Source: Patescibacteria group bacterium (GTDB lineage Bacteria > Patescibacteriota > Gracilibacteria > UBA1369 > PNNO01). From it: DNA of 64,000 bases. Positions within the stretch are counted from its first letter, which is position 1; each line of letters opens with the position of its first letter. The stretch lies in NCBI GenBank assembly GCA_042568575.1, contig JBHPIO010000004.1, positions 1 to 64,000 of the forward strand. Reading direction: 5' to 3'. Made by a program: the position numbers and the translations under genes. This document shows positions 1 through 10,925 of the stretch, piece after piece. The notes under the pieces were generated by a model, which was not told the origin of the DNA, made no database searches, and saw only the letters and a program-made list of their open reading frames with translations.

Positions 1-3000
1 AAAATTAAATATCCACTTTTTTGGATAATAGCTTTCTTGTTTTTATTGTTTACAATTGCAGGACTAAATTCTCCATTTGCTGAAACAATGGAAAATTTTT
101 ATGAAACCTACCCTTTCTTGCTCCGGACTTTTAGGCAGGGCTATAACAAATTCGGCATTATATATGCTTTGATATATACGATTGTGTTTTCGATGGGTCT
201 TCAATTCCTTTATCAGAAATTCAAACACAAAGTTCTATATTTGCTCATTCCGATTCTTATTTTAGCCATACCTATATTTACGGGCAGCCTTATTTACAGT
301 GAAAATAAAACGATTATACGCTCAACAGTTGTTGATCTTCCTGAGGACTATCTGGCTTATCAAGACTGGGAGGGTAATAACAATTTGAATGCCAGATATT
401 TAGAACTGCCACTAATTCAGGGAACAAATACGATTTATGAATGGGAAAGAGGGTATAGCGGTATGGATCTCCTATTTTCACTTTCCATGAACCCAGTTGT
501 GTTCAGTGTTCATTCAAACGACATTGTTAATCAATTGGCATTAACAATTAAAAATAATGACTACGAATCATTTAATAAACTTTTGCCGTTCTTAAATGTT
601 CAGAAAATTATTGTAAATAACGACATATGTCCTGAGTGTCTTAATAATTATGCTGCTGGAGGGAAAGCGGAAACCTCAAAATTTGTTGAAAATCTTGCAT
701 TATTTGAAACTATCGGAAAGACGTTCAGAATAATCAACACCCCTTCGGATCAATTTTTGCAAAGGGCATATATTCCTTTATTAAATATTCATTCAAAATA
801 TTTGGATATAGAACATTTTGAAGGTTTAATTTTGCCTGATAGCACACCACTTCGAACGGCTGTTTTCTTCAATAAATACAATACTCAGAAAAAGTATGTT
901 TTTAATGACAACAAGAATAAGTTCACAAAAATGGAATCTGTAGGTTTTGTTCCTCAAATAGAAGACATTATTAGTGAAGAGGAGGATAGTTATGAATATA
1001 TTGATATGGATTTTGAAACATTTAATTGGATAAATCTTGCTCCCAATACTTACACAGTTTTTGATACTAGTAATAAATGGTTTAATGTTGTTCGAACAGA
1101 CGGACAAGAGGCACATCGCAGCAAGAGTTTTAGATTAATTGAAAATGCTCCGTACGATTTTCCTGATTATTCGCAGGGTTATTGGAATACAAAAGATTCC
1201 ACGCTTTTATATTTAAGAACTGGAACGGAGGAATTAGCTATTGAAGGTGTGAGTTATGAAAGTGAGCAACTGCCTATCAATAGTATTTGGTGGGATACAG
1301 GTTGGGCCGGAATGGGAACGAAAGATGTTCTTTATCCAGTTGTAATTCCTCCTAATCAAGATGTGATTATTCAGATTGATGATTCATCTCTTATCCCTGA
1401 GCTTATCTCGATTGAAAGGAATGCTTTATTTGCCTGGGATATGATTGAGGGAGGGGAATACACAATTCGAACTTATTTCGGATGGAAAACGATTACAAAA
1501 ACAGATGGAACCGAGAAAGAATCAACCTTGAGTTTTGATTCCCTTGAAGAGGCTCCTTATGAATTTCCTTCATTTTCGCTAAAACAATGGAATGCTTATA
1601 AGCCTACGCTTATTTATTTAAAAGCAGGGGATGAAGACATTGTTATTACAAACATCCTTAACAAAGGAGAAGTTGTTTCAATAGGTGGAGCGTGGTGGGA
1701 AACAGGCTGGATGGGAATGATGACAGAGGACGTTGGATTGCCGTTAACTATCCCAAAACATCAAAAAGCAATTATCCATCTCGATAACATTAAGCGAAAA
1801 GACCTTAATAGTATTACTGTTGCATTAGATACGATGCATTGTAATCCTGAAGATGCCGAAATTAATTGGCAATGGCTAGAAGAAAGAACATTTTATGCAT
1901 ATAGATATAAGCAGGAGAACAATTCTGCAGTTGTTCCAACAAATAAATCTGTATATAACTGCTCATTAAATAATCCGGATTATTCTTATGTTTATGTGAA
2001 GACAGGTGAAGAACCTCTTTACTTGGTTGATATCAAAGAAAATGATGAATCACTAGACGACATATTTGGTGTTTGGTGGGACGACGGAGGCGCATTAAAG
2101 CAGAATAATTACAGAACTATGCGTAAGGGGAAGCATCTTTTACCTATTAAATTACCTGCAAACAAAAATATTATTCTTCAAATTCAACACGTGATTGGTG
2201 ATGACGTAGAAGTTCTTGCTTTGCCAGAGATTGAATATACAAGACTTGCGCAGCATGCTCCATCACTTGAGTTCAAGCAGATTAGTAGGAGCAAGTATCG
2301 TTTCCGAATTTCAAATGTTAAGGAAGATTTCCCTCTCGTCCTTAATGAACGTTATCACGATAAGTGGGAAGCTTTTGCAAAACCGATGAGTATTACCGCA
2401 GCAACTCCGGATGTTGCTACCACTTATGTAAGTAAGGTTCCTACCTATGACCCTTTTGAACTAGATGATGGTACGCTTCAGCCTTATGAAGGAGGGAGCT
2501 ATGTATCTAAAATGATTGAAGGAAGCATGCAGAACGATAATCTTCCCGGTTCTGTGTTATTTGAGAACAAAGGAGTTAAGATTCCAGACGGGGATCACCT
2601 TGTTGCCAATGGTTATGCAAATGCATGGTGGATAGATGTTGATAATTTGTGTTCGGACGTTGAAGTGCTTGAGCGGTTTGTTGAACAAAATAAGGCCAAA
2701 AATGAAGCAAATGAAAGGAAGAATGTAGAAGCTAATCAATATAATAAATTTGAATGCGAACGCTACAAAGGAGAGTGGGACGAAGAAGCCTTTGAGTGTT
2801 TGTTTGAAGAGGGATTTGTTCCGGATGAAGAGCCAGCTCTAAAAGAAAAGGCACCTATTTATCCAAGTTACGAAAAATTATTATCAAAGCGTGAAAAAGG
2901 CACAACGTTCTGTGTGCAGAATCCTGATGGATCTTACAATATTGAAATTATTGCAGAATTTAAACTGCAAAAATTGTTCTATATTGGTTTAACAATTTCC

Positions 3001-3090
3001 ATTCTTACATTGTTAGGTCTTATTGGATTACTTGTGTATCCGCACTTTGCTCGAAAGCATAAGTTTGTATTATTTAAACGAAAGAAATAA
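1..3090 (+). CDS. C-terminal part of a large GT-C-like (AftD/DUF3367-like) membrane glycosyltransferase, 5'-truncated
   Basis: Frame is open from base 1 (KIKYPLFWIIAFLFLLFTIAGLNSPF). TM helices, FRQGYNKF motif, large extracellular region with three Trp-rich repeats, ANGYANAW motif, C-terminal TM and basic tail. Confidence 0.7.
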   Translation, partial: KIKYPLFWIIAFLFLLFTIAGLNSPFAETMENFYETYPFLLRTFRQGYNKFGIIYALIYTIVFSMGLQFLYQKFKHKVLYLLIPILILAIPIFTGSLIYSENKTIIRSTVVDLPEDYLAYQDWEGNNNLNARYLELPLIQGTNTIYEWERGYSGMDLLFSLSMNPVVFSVHSNDIVNQLALTIKNNDYESFNKLLPFLNVQKIIVNNDICPECLNNYAAGGKAETSKFVENLALFETIGKTFRIINTPSDQFLQRAYIPLLNIHSKYLDIEHFEGLILPDSTPLRTAVFFNKYNTQKKYVFNDNKNKFTKMESVGFVPQIEDIISEEEDSYEYIDMDFETFNWINLAPNTYTVFDTSNKWFNVVRTDGQEAHRSKSFRLIENAPYDFPDYSQGYWNTKDSTLLYLRTGTEELAIEGVSYESEQLPINSIWWDTGWAGMGTKDVLYPVVIPPNQDVIIQIDDSSLIPELISIERNALFAWDMIEGGEYTIRTYFGWKTITKTDGTEKESTLSFDSLEEAPYEFPSFSLKQWNAYKPTLIYLKAGDEDIVITNILNKGEVVSIGGAWWETGWMGMMTEDVGLPLTIPKHQKAIIHLDNIKRKDLNSITVALDTMHCNPEDAEINWQWLEERTFYAYRYKQENNSAVVPTNKSVYNCSLNNPDYSYVYVKTGEEPLYLVDIKENDESLDDIFGVWWDDGGALKQNNYRTMRKGKHLLPIKLPANKNIILQIQHVIGDDVEVLALPEIEYTRLAQHAPSLEFKQISRSKYRFRISNVKEDFPLVLNERYHDKWEAFAKPMSITAATPDVATTYVSKVPTYDPFELDDGTLQPYEGGSYVSKMIEGSMQNDNLPGSVLFENKGVKIPDGDHLVANGYANAWWIDVDNLCSDVEVLERFVEQNKAKNEANERKNVEANQYNKFECERYKGEWDEEAFECLFEEGFVPDEEPALKEKAPIYPSYEKLLSKREKGTTFCVQNPDGSYNIEIIAEFKLQKLFYIGLTISILTLLGLIGLLVYPHFARKHKFVLFKRKK

Positions 3091-3458
3091 TGAAGAAACG
3101 CTTGAAACGTCTATTTGGGATAAGGAAAGGAAAACTTCCTGAAGTACTTTATGTTGTTGGGGTGTGCGTCGTGCTCACATTATTCATTAGATTTGAGATA
3201 ACGATTTTTATAGCAATTGTTGCACTTTTTCTAATACTCAGGTTTAACCCAGTGCTTCCTGCACTTATTGCACTTTTCTGCGTGATTTCCTGGCCGATTT
3301 TCACAGTTCTAGAAAAGGAAGATTGGGCTGAAAAAACAGGATTTATTTCGTATTACTTAATATTTACGACGGTCTTTCTGTTTATTCTTTATGAAGCTAC
3401 TAACAAAAGAGGTCGGCCAAAAAAGGAAGCTAAAAAACCATTAAAACGTAAAAAGTGA
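3090..3458 (+). CDS. small membrane protein
   Basis: About three hydrophobic segments, basic ends; start and stop overlap both neighbours. Confidence 0.7.
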   Translation: MKKRLKRLFGIRKGKLPEVLYVVGVCVVLTLFIRFEITIFIAIVALFLILRFNPVLPALIALFCVISWPIFTVLEKEDWAEKTGFISYYLIFTTVFLFILYEATNKRGRPKKEAKKPLKRKK

Positions 3459-4096
3459 TAAAGCGAATATTTGATGCAAAAAATTGGTACATTATTTTCT
3501 TTCTCGCCCTGGCGGGGCTAATAATGTGGAAGCTTTTGCTGCCTGGTTACATACTAACTTCCGATATGGTTTTTGGGCCGCATTATGTGATTCCACCGGA
3601 GACGCCGTATCATTCTTTAGCATTTCATTATCTTCTTTCCGCGCTGCATAACGTTATCGATGGAAGCGTAGTTGAGAAAGCGTTACTTCTCTTTGTTTTC
3701 GCTTTTTCCGGCATTGCCATGTACAAAACAGTGCCGGTTGAAAATAAATACGCGAAATATTTTGCAGGAATTTTGTACGTCGTGAATCCTTTTGTCTATT
3801 TACGATTTTTCGCGGGACACCTTACGATCTTAATTGCATACGCGCTTTTGCCATTTGTAATAAAAGCTATTTTTGATCTGTTTGATGAGGAAAAGAGGGG
3901 TTTGAAGAATCCGATTTTGGCAGTGGTTTGGCTAACTGTGATGGGAATTTTTTCTGATCATCTTTTGTACATTGCTTTATTTGCGCTTGGAATTGTTTTT
4001 GTTTTGAAATTGATTGGGGATAAAAAAATGCGGAAAACCACACTTATGCAATTTGGGAAAACGATAGGTATTTTTTTGATTTTGAATTTTTTGTAA
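3455..4096 (+). pseudogene. N-terminal fragment of a second GT-C/AftD-like membrane protein, cut at the inversion junction
   Basis: LTSDMVF, FAFSGIAMY, LYVVNPFVY, YALLPF motifs; stops abruptly at IFLILNFL*, where its paralog reads LLLNLFWLIP. Confidence 0.7.
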
Positions 4097-5106
4097 AAAA
4101 TAATTCCAAGCACAGCAACGATAGGAAGAACAAAGGTTAATACAATCATTACAGGGTTGGTGTAAAGATCTACGAACCATGGGAAATAATATTCATCCGG
4201 TCTCGCTTCGCCCGTGAGAGCCCAATAACCAAGCAGTCTGAAGATATTAAAAAAGTTTGTGCTGTTAAGTTTAAGCGTATCGAGATCGTTTTGAAGACCA
4301 TAAGCAGTGTGATCTGCCTGCGCATATTCCGTCGTCATATCAAAAAGGAAAGGGATCAGCCAAAAGAGGTTTAAAAGAAGATATGTGCCACCAAAGTAAA
4401 GAACTCTTTTTATAATTGGCTTAAGATCTTTTTTGTTGCTAAACACAGCCTTGCCAATTTTGAAAGTAGCATAAGCAAAACAGAACACACCGAACATGAA
4501 GAAAAATGCCGGATTTGTATACGAAGCATTTATCCCAACCAAAAGTAGTATGAGGTTTGCTTTGAGGAAAAATCTATCTTCATCAAGCGAGCGTATAAGA
4601 AGATAAATTGCAAGTGGAAGTGATGCATAAAACTGGAAAATCATTCCCTGCTGAAGGCTCCACATACTTATGATTGCAAATGGATTTACCATGAAGAAAA
4701 TTGCACCAATTAAACGCGGAACCCTACTTATGTTCAACTTCTTTAAAAGCAAATACATTGAAATACCACTAAGCGCAAAAAAGAAGTAGAAGTAGACCAT
4801 TTCATACACAATGCTTGTGTGGAAAATTGCCTGAAAAAGTGCGCCGAGAGCAACAAATGGAAAGAGAAATGGTATTTGTCTTACGCCAGAGCCACCAAAA
4901 CCAAAGCTTGCTTCGAGCCAAGTGTTAGATGCCGATTGCCAGTATTCAAAAAAGTCTACACGCCAACCAAATGCTGCCCCAAGAATGTGATGATATCCCT
5001 TAAACCATGTCAGTGCGACAATGGAAATTAAAAGAATCAGAATAAAATCGATGTGCTCTCTTTTCAAGAATTGCTCCAGTTTTTTCGGCAGTTTTAGTTT
5101 ACCCAT
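4090..5106 (-). pseudogene. N-terminal fragment of a GT-C/AftD-like membrane protein; probable continuation is the ORF at 1-3090
   Basis: ALSGISMY, FFMVNPF, LNLFWLIP, NIFRLLGYW motifs; after IIFYKK it runs into the antisense of the 3455-4096 gene (ORF track extends it to 3958). Confidence 0.7.
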
Positions 5107-6953
5107 GTTTGTAAGAAGTAATTAAAATTAAAAATGCGTAATATTTTAAACGAGTTATCTGCTTTACCTTTTAGGTGATCGCTAAAGAGTTTTTGTACTT
5201 GTTTTTGATTAAAGTAGTCGTTTTTTTGAGACAGGTAGTCGTGCATTAAATCTTTGAGGTCGTGACGAATCCACTTATGTAGTGGAACTCCAAATCCGCG
5301 CTTTTGCCTGTAAATAACATCATGTGGGACGTATTTTGAGGCGATTTTTTTAAGAAGGTATTTTGATTCTCCACCTTTTGTTTTCATTTCTCCTGGAACG
5401 CTAAACATGAATTCAGCAAGATCTTTGTCCAATAAAGGATTTCTCATTTCTAAGCTCGCAGCCATCGTTGCGCGATCCCCTTTGACCAAGTACCAATCAG
5501 GCAGCTGAATAGCACAATCCAAAAACAATGATTTGTTTAGAACATCCGGCTGCTCGAATTTTGCACACTGCCCCAAGGCATCTTCGAAAATTGAACTAGC
5601 GTCTAAAGCGTCTTTGTTAATAACTGAATCACCGACAATCTTGCGTGCCTCGTTTTTCATAAACCCTCCGCTTCCAAACATAAACTGCCGAGCAGCAAAT
5701 GGCTCATTAAAGCCCTTCATTAACTTATAATAAGGGTGTTTTTTCGGCATAAGTCCGCCTGCCAAACGCGCAATAAAAGAAAGGTACTTATGTGCTTCAA
5801 TAAATTCCTGTGCAGTATGTTTTGGGTAACCTCCAAAAAGTTCGTCTCCACCATCACCACTTAAAGCAACTGTGATTTTATTCTTCGCCTGCTTAGCAAT
5901 AAAGTACAACGGGATGATGGCAGCGTCTGCCATTGGTTCATCCAGGTAATTGAGCATTTCCAAGAAGTGCGTTTTTACATCTGTGTCCTGGAAGTAACAA
6001 AGGTTGTACTTAATACCAAGGTGTTTTGCGACCTGCCGCGCGTACTTAGACTCGTCGGCCTCATCTGCATCTTTGTAGCAAACGGTGAAGGCATTTGTGT
6101 CTGGGTTGCTGCGCGAAAGCAGCGCGGCAACCAAACTACTATCAACCCCGCCACTCAAAAACACACCCAAAGGCACATCGGACATAAGTCGCTTTTCTAC
6201 TGCTTTAACAATCAACTCTTCGGAGTGCTTCAAAACCTCCCCTTCGCTCAAACCATGATTGATTTTGATTTCATTGAGATTCCAATACTTGTAAGTATGA
6301 ATCATTTTCCACAAAGTTTTATCAAAAACACACGCAGTACTTGGTTCAACTTTTTTTATTTGTTTAAAAATACTTCCCGGCGAAGGCACATATCCATAGA
6401 ACAAATACTTCATCAAACTCGCATCATCAATCTTTAACTTACTCTTAATATGCTCGTTTTTTAAAATAGCCTTTACCTCAGAAGCAAGCATAAAAACGTC
6501 GTCGTCCAAATAATAATATAACGGCTTTTTTCCAAAATGATCGCGCACAAAAAACACTTCTTCCCGAACGTTATCAAAAATCGCAAAAGCAAACATGCCT
6601 TCAATTTCTTCAACCATGTCATACCCCCATTCTTCATAGGCGTGCAACAAAACCTCAGTATCCGTTTTGCTCTTCCAATTATATTTATCTCCAAGACGCT
6701 GCTTAATTTCTTTGTAATTATAAATCTCTCCATTAAACACAATCCCAACCGTGCCCTTTTCGTTAAACATTGGCTGACGACCTTTGTCGCTTAAATCAAT
6801 TATCGAAAGCCTCTGGTGACCGAGTCCAATTTTTCCACCAACATAAACCCCAGCCTGATCAGGACCTCGTTTATGCAGAGTCTTTGCAGCATTGCTGCAT
6901 TGTTCTTTTTCAACCTGTTTGTCTTTTTGGACTATGCCAACGATTCCGCACAT
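5094..6953 (-). CDS. asnB: asparagine synthase-family (glutamine-hydrolysing) amidotransferase, glycan-cluster type
   Basis: MCGIVG, RGPD, RLSIID, FNGEIYN, LSGGVDSS, SGDGGDELFGGY, KRGF motifs. Confidence 0.9.
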   Translation of the reverse strand: MCGIVGIVQKDKQVEKEQCSNAAKTLHKRGPDQAGVYVGGKIGLGHQRLSIIDLSDKGRQPMFNEKGTVGIVFNGEIYNYKEIKQRLGDKYNWKSKTDTEVLLHAYEEWGYDMVEEIEGMFAFAIFDNVREEVFFVRDHFGKKPLYYYLDDDVFMLASEVKAILKNEHIKSKLKIDDASLMKYLFYGYVPSPGSIFKQIKKVEPSTACVFDKTLWKMIHTYKYWNLNEIKINHGLSEGEVLKHSEELIVKAVEKRLMSDVPLGVFLSGGVDSSLVAALLSRSNPDTNAFTVCYKDADEADESKYARQVAKHLGIKYNLCYFQDTDVKTHFLEMLNYLDEPMADAAIIPLYFIAKQAKNKITVALSGDGGDELFGGYPKHTAQEFIEAHKYLSFIARLAGGLMPKKHPYYKLMKGFNEPFAARQFMFGSGGFMKNEARKIVGDSVINKDALDASSIFEDALGQCAKFEQPDVLNKSLFLDCAIQLPDWYLVKGDRATMAASLEMRNPLLDKDLAEFMFSVPGEMKTKGGESKYLLKKIASKYVPHDVIYRQKRGFGVPLHKWIRHDLKDLMHDYLSQKNDYFNQKQVQKLFSDHLKGKADNSFKILRIFNFNYFLQTWVN

Positions 6954-6956
6954 AGT

Positions 6957-7919
6957 TTATAAGTAAAGTTGATGATGATCTTTGTACCACGAAACAAACT
7001 TCTCCATGCCTTCCTCAATAGTTGTTTCTGGAGAATAATTTAGTAATTCTTTCGCTTTTGTAATATCCGCATAAGTAATCGGAACATCTCCTTGTGGCAT
7101 TGGTTCCTGTATAATTTCCGCTTTCTTCCCAACCAATTCTTCAATAAGTTTTATGAAATTCTTAAGCTTAACAGGCTTATTATTTCCAATATTAATAATT
7201 TCAAAATCAAGATCCGCATCAAGTGCACTAGCTATTCCATCAACAACATCATCGATGTAGGTATAATCCCTTTGGGAAGACCCATTTCCAAACTGCTTTA
7301 TCGACTTGCCACTACTAATCGCGTGAGTAAACAAAAATGGAGCCATATCCGGCCTACCCGAAGGCCCATACACAGTGAAAAATCTTAGCCCTATACATTT
7401 AAGTCCATGCAAATGATGGTATGCATGAGCCATAAGCTCACTTGATTTCTTTGTAGCAGCATATGGACTAATTGGCTTATCGGTACAATCCTTTTCTCTA
7501 AATGGAATCTTCTTTGTATGTCCATAAACCGATGACGAAGATGCAAAAACCAATTTCTTTACCCCACATTTAACACACAAATCCAAAATATTTGTCGTTC
7601 CTTTTACATTTACATCCTGATACAAAAGAGGATCATAAATACTTGAACGAACCCCTGCCCTCGCAGCAAGATGGCAAACTTTGTCCGGTTTTTCTTTTTC
7701 AAATATTTCTCGTAATTTCAAATAATCACAAATGTCCGCGACGTAAAGTTTTGATCCCAAATTCCCCAAAAACTCACTGGCATTATGACGTTTTACATCC
7801 GGCGAATAGTAGTCATTAAAGTTATCGACACAGACCACTCTATTGCCAAGATCTAATAATTTTTTTACTGTATGTGATCCTATGAAACCTGCTCCGCCGG
7901 TTACCAAGACTGTGTTCAT
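6957..7919 (-). CDS. NAD-dependent epimerase (UDP-glucuronate 4-epimerase-like)
   Basis: GGAGFIG, HLAARAGVR, YAATKK, RFFTVYGPSGRPDMA. Confidence 0.85.
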   Translation of the reverse strand: MNTVLVTGGAGFIGSHTVKKLLDLGNRVVCVDNFNDYYSPDVKRHNASEFLGNLGSKLYVADICDYLKLREIFEKEKPDKVCHLAARAGVRSSIYDPLLYQDVNVKGTTNILDLCVKCGVKKLVFASSSSVYGHTKKIPFREKDCTDKPISPYAATKKSSELMAHAYHHLHGLKCIGLRFFTVYGPSGRPDMAPFLFTHAISSGKSIKQFGNGSSQRDYTYIDDVVDGIASALDADLDFEIINIGNNKPVKLKNFIKLIEELVGKKAEIIQEPMPQGDVPITYADITKAKELLNYSPETTIEEGMEKFVSWYKDHHQLYL

Positions 7920-8830
7920 TTTGTTAGTATGTTAGGTAATGAATTAACGAATTTTTTAGTGAAAAAATAAATTATGCCGTCTTTAAATCCATGTACATAA
8001 AGCTTAATCAATCGAAATTGACGTTCTTTAAGCATGAATATTGAATAAACAATAGGCCAAAGCCAACTGAAACAAGCTATATAAACCAACTTTTGAATCC
8101 AACTTCCATACCTGGCAACTAAAACCGTTCTATTCCTCATCAAGCAATATGCCTTTTGGCTAAACTTCCCTCCAAAAGATCGAGCATTCTTGGTTTTGCT
8201 AATTTTATGATAAGTGATTGCATCTTTTACAATCCCACATTTGTAAGCACTTCTAACTGCAAATGCAAAATCTGGCTCAGTAAAGGTTTGAATTAATTTT
8301 TCGTCAAAATGCCCTAACCGTTCAAACACTTCACGTTTAATCAAAAATACATTTGGCACGCCATCGCTATCAACAAGCTTTCTACTGGAATGATCCATCA
8401 AACCCCTCGTCCTTCCACTATAAAAATTGAAAGTTTGATAATCCAAATACTTTTCTTTTGTATCAAAATAAAACATTGCCGGTCCAAGAATTCCATACTC
8501 AACATTAAAATCAGCAGCCTCAACTAAATGCTCAATCATTTTTTCATCAATAACATTGTCGTCATCTATAAATAAAACATATCTTCCAGTCGCCTTTTGA
8601 GCTCCAAAATTCCTTGCCTTCACCATCATTAATGGCTTTTCCTGATGGTAAATCCGGACATTCATTTCATTAAAATCTTCACTTCTAAGTTTCTCTGTCC
8701 CATCAGTCGAAACATCATCAACAATAATAATTTCACGATCTTTAAAAGTAGATTTAGTTATTGAATCTATACATTCAAGCAAATCTTGTTTCCTGTTTTT
8801 TGTTGTAATAACAATCGAAAGCTTTGGCAT
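7916..8830 (-). CDS. glycosyltransferase family 2
   Basis: IIIVDDVSTDGT, ARNFG, FIDDD. Confidence 0.85.
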   Translation of the reverse strand: MPKLSIVITTKNRKQDLLECIDSITKSTFKDREIIIVDDVSTDGTEKLRSEDFNEMNVRIYHQEKPLMMVKARNFGAQKATGRYVLFIDDDNVIDEKMIEHLVEAADFNVEYGILGPAMFYFDTKEKYLDYQTFNFYSGRTRGLMDHSSRKLVDSDGVPNVFLIKREVFERLGHFDEKLIQTFTEPDFAFAVRSAYKCGIVKDAITYHKISKTKNARSFGGKFSQKAYCLMRNRTVLVARYGSWIQKLVYIACFSWLWPIVYSIFMLKERQFRLIKLYVHGFKDGIIYFFTKKFVNSLPNILTK

Positions 8831-9994
8831 TTATGTTAGTGAGTTATATGCTTTTTTAAAAATCACATCCCAGTCAAACTGAGTCGCATAACTTTTTACG
8901 TTTTTTCTATATTGATTAAGAATCTCCGAATTCTGCAAAAATGTAACAACCGCATCGGCTATAGAATCAGAATCGTGTTTAATTATTTTTCCACATTTAT
9001 TTTTCTCAAGTTCACGCGCAATTGGCGGCACATCAGATATTAAAATAGGCAGCCCACTTCCAAGATATGCTTTTATTTTTCCAGGATCCGTATAATAGGT
9101 AAAATTCGTCTCCAAGTTTCCTTCTTCATAAAGCGCTATTGCAAGCGCACTCGAGCTTATTATTTCTTCCACGTCTTTATGATCTTTTACAAAACCTTTA
9201 AATTCGACACTCTCCTGAACATCTAATTTGTTGGCAAGACTTTTGAGCTCGTCCAAATAAGGACCCGATCCAATAATGTTGAATTTGAAATCCGGAATAC
9301 TTTCAATAATTTTCGGAATAGCCTTAATAACATGCTGCACTCCTTGTTGCTTAATGATGTGCCCCATAAATACAAGCGATGAGTCATCAAAATCCCGCTT
9401 TTCTTGAATTCGTTTCCCCCAAAATCCCATTGGAACCGTTTTTTGTTCTGAATATTTATACGAATCAAAATTCCAAAACTTTTTGCGAGCACGATTCATC
9501 GCCTCCTCATGCAAATTCCACGTTTCATCTGCATGCTTAACACAAAATTGATCAAGCCGATGATATATCTTATTTAAAAATTTATTTTTAAAACGCTCTG
9601 GAGTGTAATCAATAACAAAATAAACAACCTTTGTAACTTTTTTAAATCTTCTCAAAACAACCCCAGCAAAAGCATTTAAATTATTGTATCCAATAAATGA
9701 TGTAAATTTGTGCTTCTTACTAAACTTCCAAACATAACTAATCGTCAAAACAATATCCTTTATATAAGAAAGGAGCGATGGGATCTTTTTGATCTTCTTA
9801 TACTTTTCTTCCAAAAGTTTTCCACCTGAAAACATCTCGTACCCAGAACTTTTTAGTTTTTTGTTGTAGAAAAGCGGATGACCTATCCATAAAAAATCTG
9901 CATGTTTGCAAGCAAGATACTTCCTAAACGCCTGAGCAGGGCCATCAGTATAAACATGTGTAGCAATAACGATTTTTTTATTATCCTGTGGCAT
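8831..9994 (-). CDS. glycosyltransferase family 4
   Basis: IIGSGP and PGKIKAYLGSGLPI GT-B motifs; start moved to MPQDN (9994), preceded by AAGGAG. Confidence 0.8.
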   Translation of the reverse strand: MPQDNKKIVIATHVYTDGPAQAFRKYLACKHADFLWIGHPLFYNKKLKSSGYEMFSGGKLLEEKYKKIKKIPSLLSYIKDIVLTISYVWKFSKKHKFTSFIGYNNLNAFAGVVLRRFKKVTKVVYFVIDYTPERFKNKFLNKIYHRLDQFCVKHADETWNLHEEAMNRARKKFWNFDSYKYSEQKTVPMGFWGKRIQEKRDFDDSSLVFMGHIIKQQGVQHVIKAIPKIIESIPDFKFNIIGSGPYLDELKSLANKLDVQESVEFKGFVKDHKDVEEIISSSALAIALYEEGNLETNFTYYTDPGKIKAYLGSGLPILISDVPPIARELEKNKCGKIIKHDSDSIADAVVTFLQNSEILNQYRKNVKSYATQFDWDVIFKKAYNSLT

Positions 9995-10925
9995 AATTCT
10001 CCTTATAGTAATTAATAGTTTTTTGAACTCCTTCCTCCAAAGACACCTTCGAGCTCCAGCCCAAAGATTTTGCTTTATCAACATTCAACAATTTTTGAAG
10101 CATTCCATCCGGTTTAGAAGTGTCATATTCAATGTCACCCTCAAATCCAACCGCACTGCTAATTAATTCAGCAAGTTCTTTAATACTCACATCGGTTCCG
10201 CTCCCAATATTTACAAAAGACGGCAAATCTTTTGCATCAAAATTTTGCATAAAATAATGGCAAGCTTCTGCGACATCTTCGCTATACATAAACTCCCGTC
10301 TTGCAACGCCAGCTCCCCAAAGAGTTACGCTTTTTTGCCCAGCGCTTTTTGCATCAACGAACTTTTTAACAAGAGCAGAAAGAACATGTGAATTCTTTAA
10401 ATCAAAATGCTCATTCACTCCATAAATATTGCACGGCATAAGTGAAATAAAATTCGTCTCATTCTGCTTGTTATATGTTTCACAAAGTTTTAAACCGATT
10501 ATTTTTGCAAGCGCATACCCCTCGTTTGTTGGCTCTAAAGTACCAGTCATCAAGTGCTCTTCTTTCATCGGCTGCTCACATTTCGCAGGATAAATACAAG
10601 AAGATCCTAAATTCAAAAGCTTTTTTACTCCGCTTTTATAAGCCCCATGTATAACATTCGAGGTAATCATCACGTTGTCATAAAAAAACTCAGCTGGATT
10701 ATTAACGTTTGCCATTATCCCCCCAACTTTTGCAGCAAAATGAAATACATATTCTGGTTTCTCCTTTTCAAAAAATTCATTAACTTGTTTTTGATTTCGC
10801 AAATCAAGTTCAGAAGAAGTTCTCACTACTAAATTCGTATACCCATTATTTTGCAAAAAATCATACATGGTTTTTCCAACCATTCCCGTATGCCCCGAAA
10901 TATAAATTTTAGAATCCTTTTGCAT
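9981..10925 (-). CDS. fcl: GDP-L-fucose synthase / ColC-like epimerase-reductase
   Basis: GHTGMVG, AAKVGGI, LGSSCIYP, LEPTNEGYALAK, SHVLSAL, KPDG. Confidence 0.9.
   Translation of the reverse strand: MQKDSKIYISGHTGMVGKTMYDFLQNNGYTNLVVRTSSELDLRNQKQVNEFFEKEKPEYVFHFAAKVGGIMANVNNPAEFFYDNVMITSNVIHGAYKSGVKKLLNLGSSCIYPAKCEQPMKEEHLMTGTLEPTNEGYALAKIIGLKLCETYNKQNETNFISLMPCNIYGVNEHFDLKNSHVLSALVKKFVDAKSAGQKSVTLWGAGVARREFMYSEDVAEACHYFMQNFDAKDLPSFVNIGSGTDVSIKELAELISSAVGFEGDIEYDTSKPDGMLQKLLNVDKAKSLGWSSKVSLEEGVQKTINYYKENYATG

Noticed and set aside
3958-4089. C-terminal 43 aa of the 382-aa ORF
   Set aside because: Read-through into the antisense of the opposing gene beyond the inversion junction.
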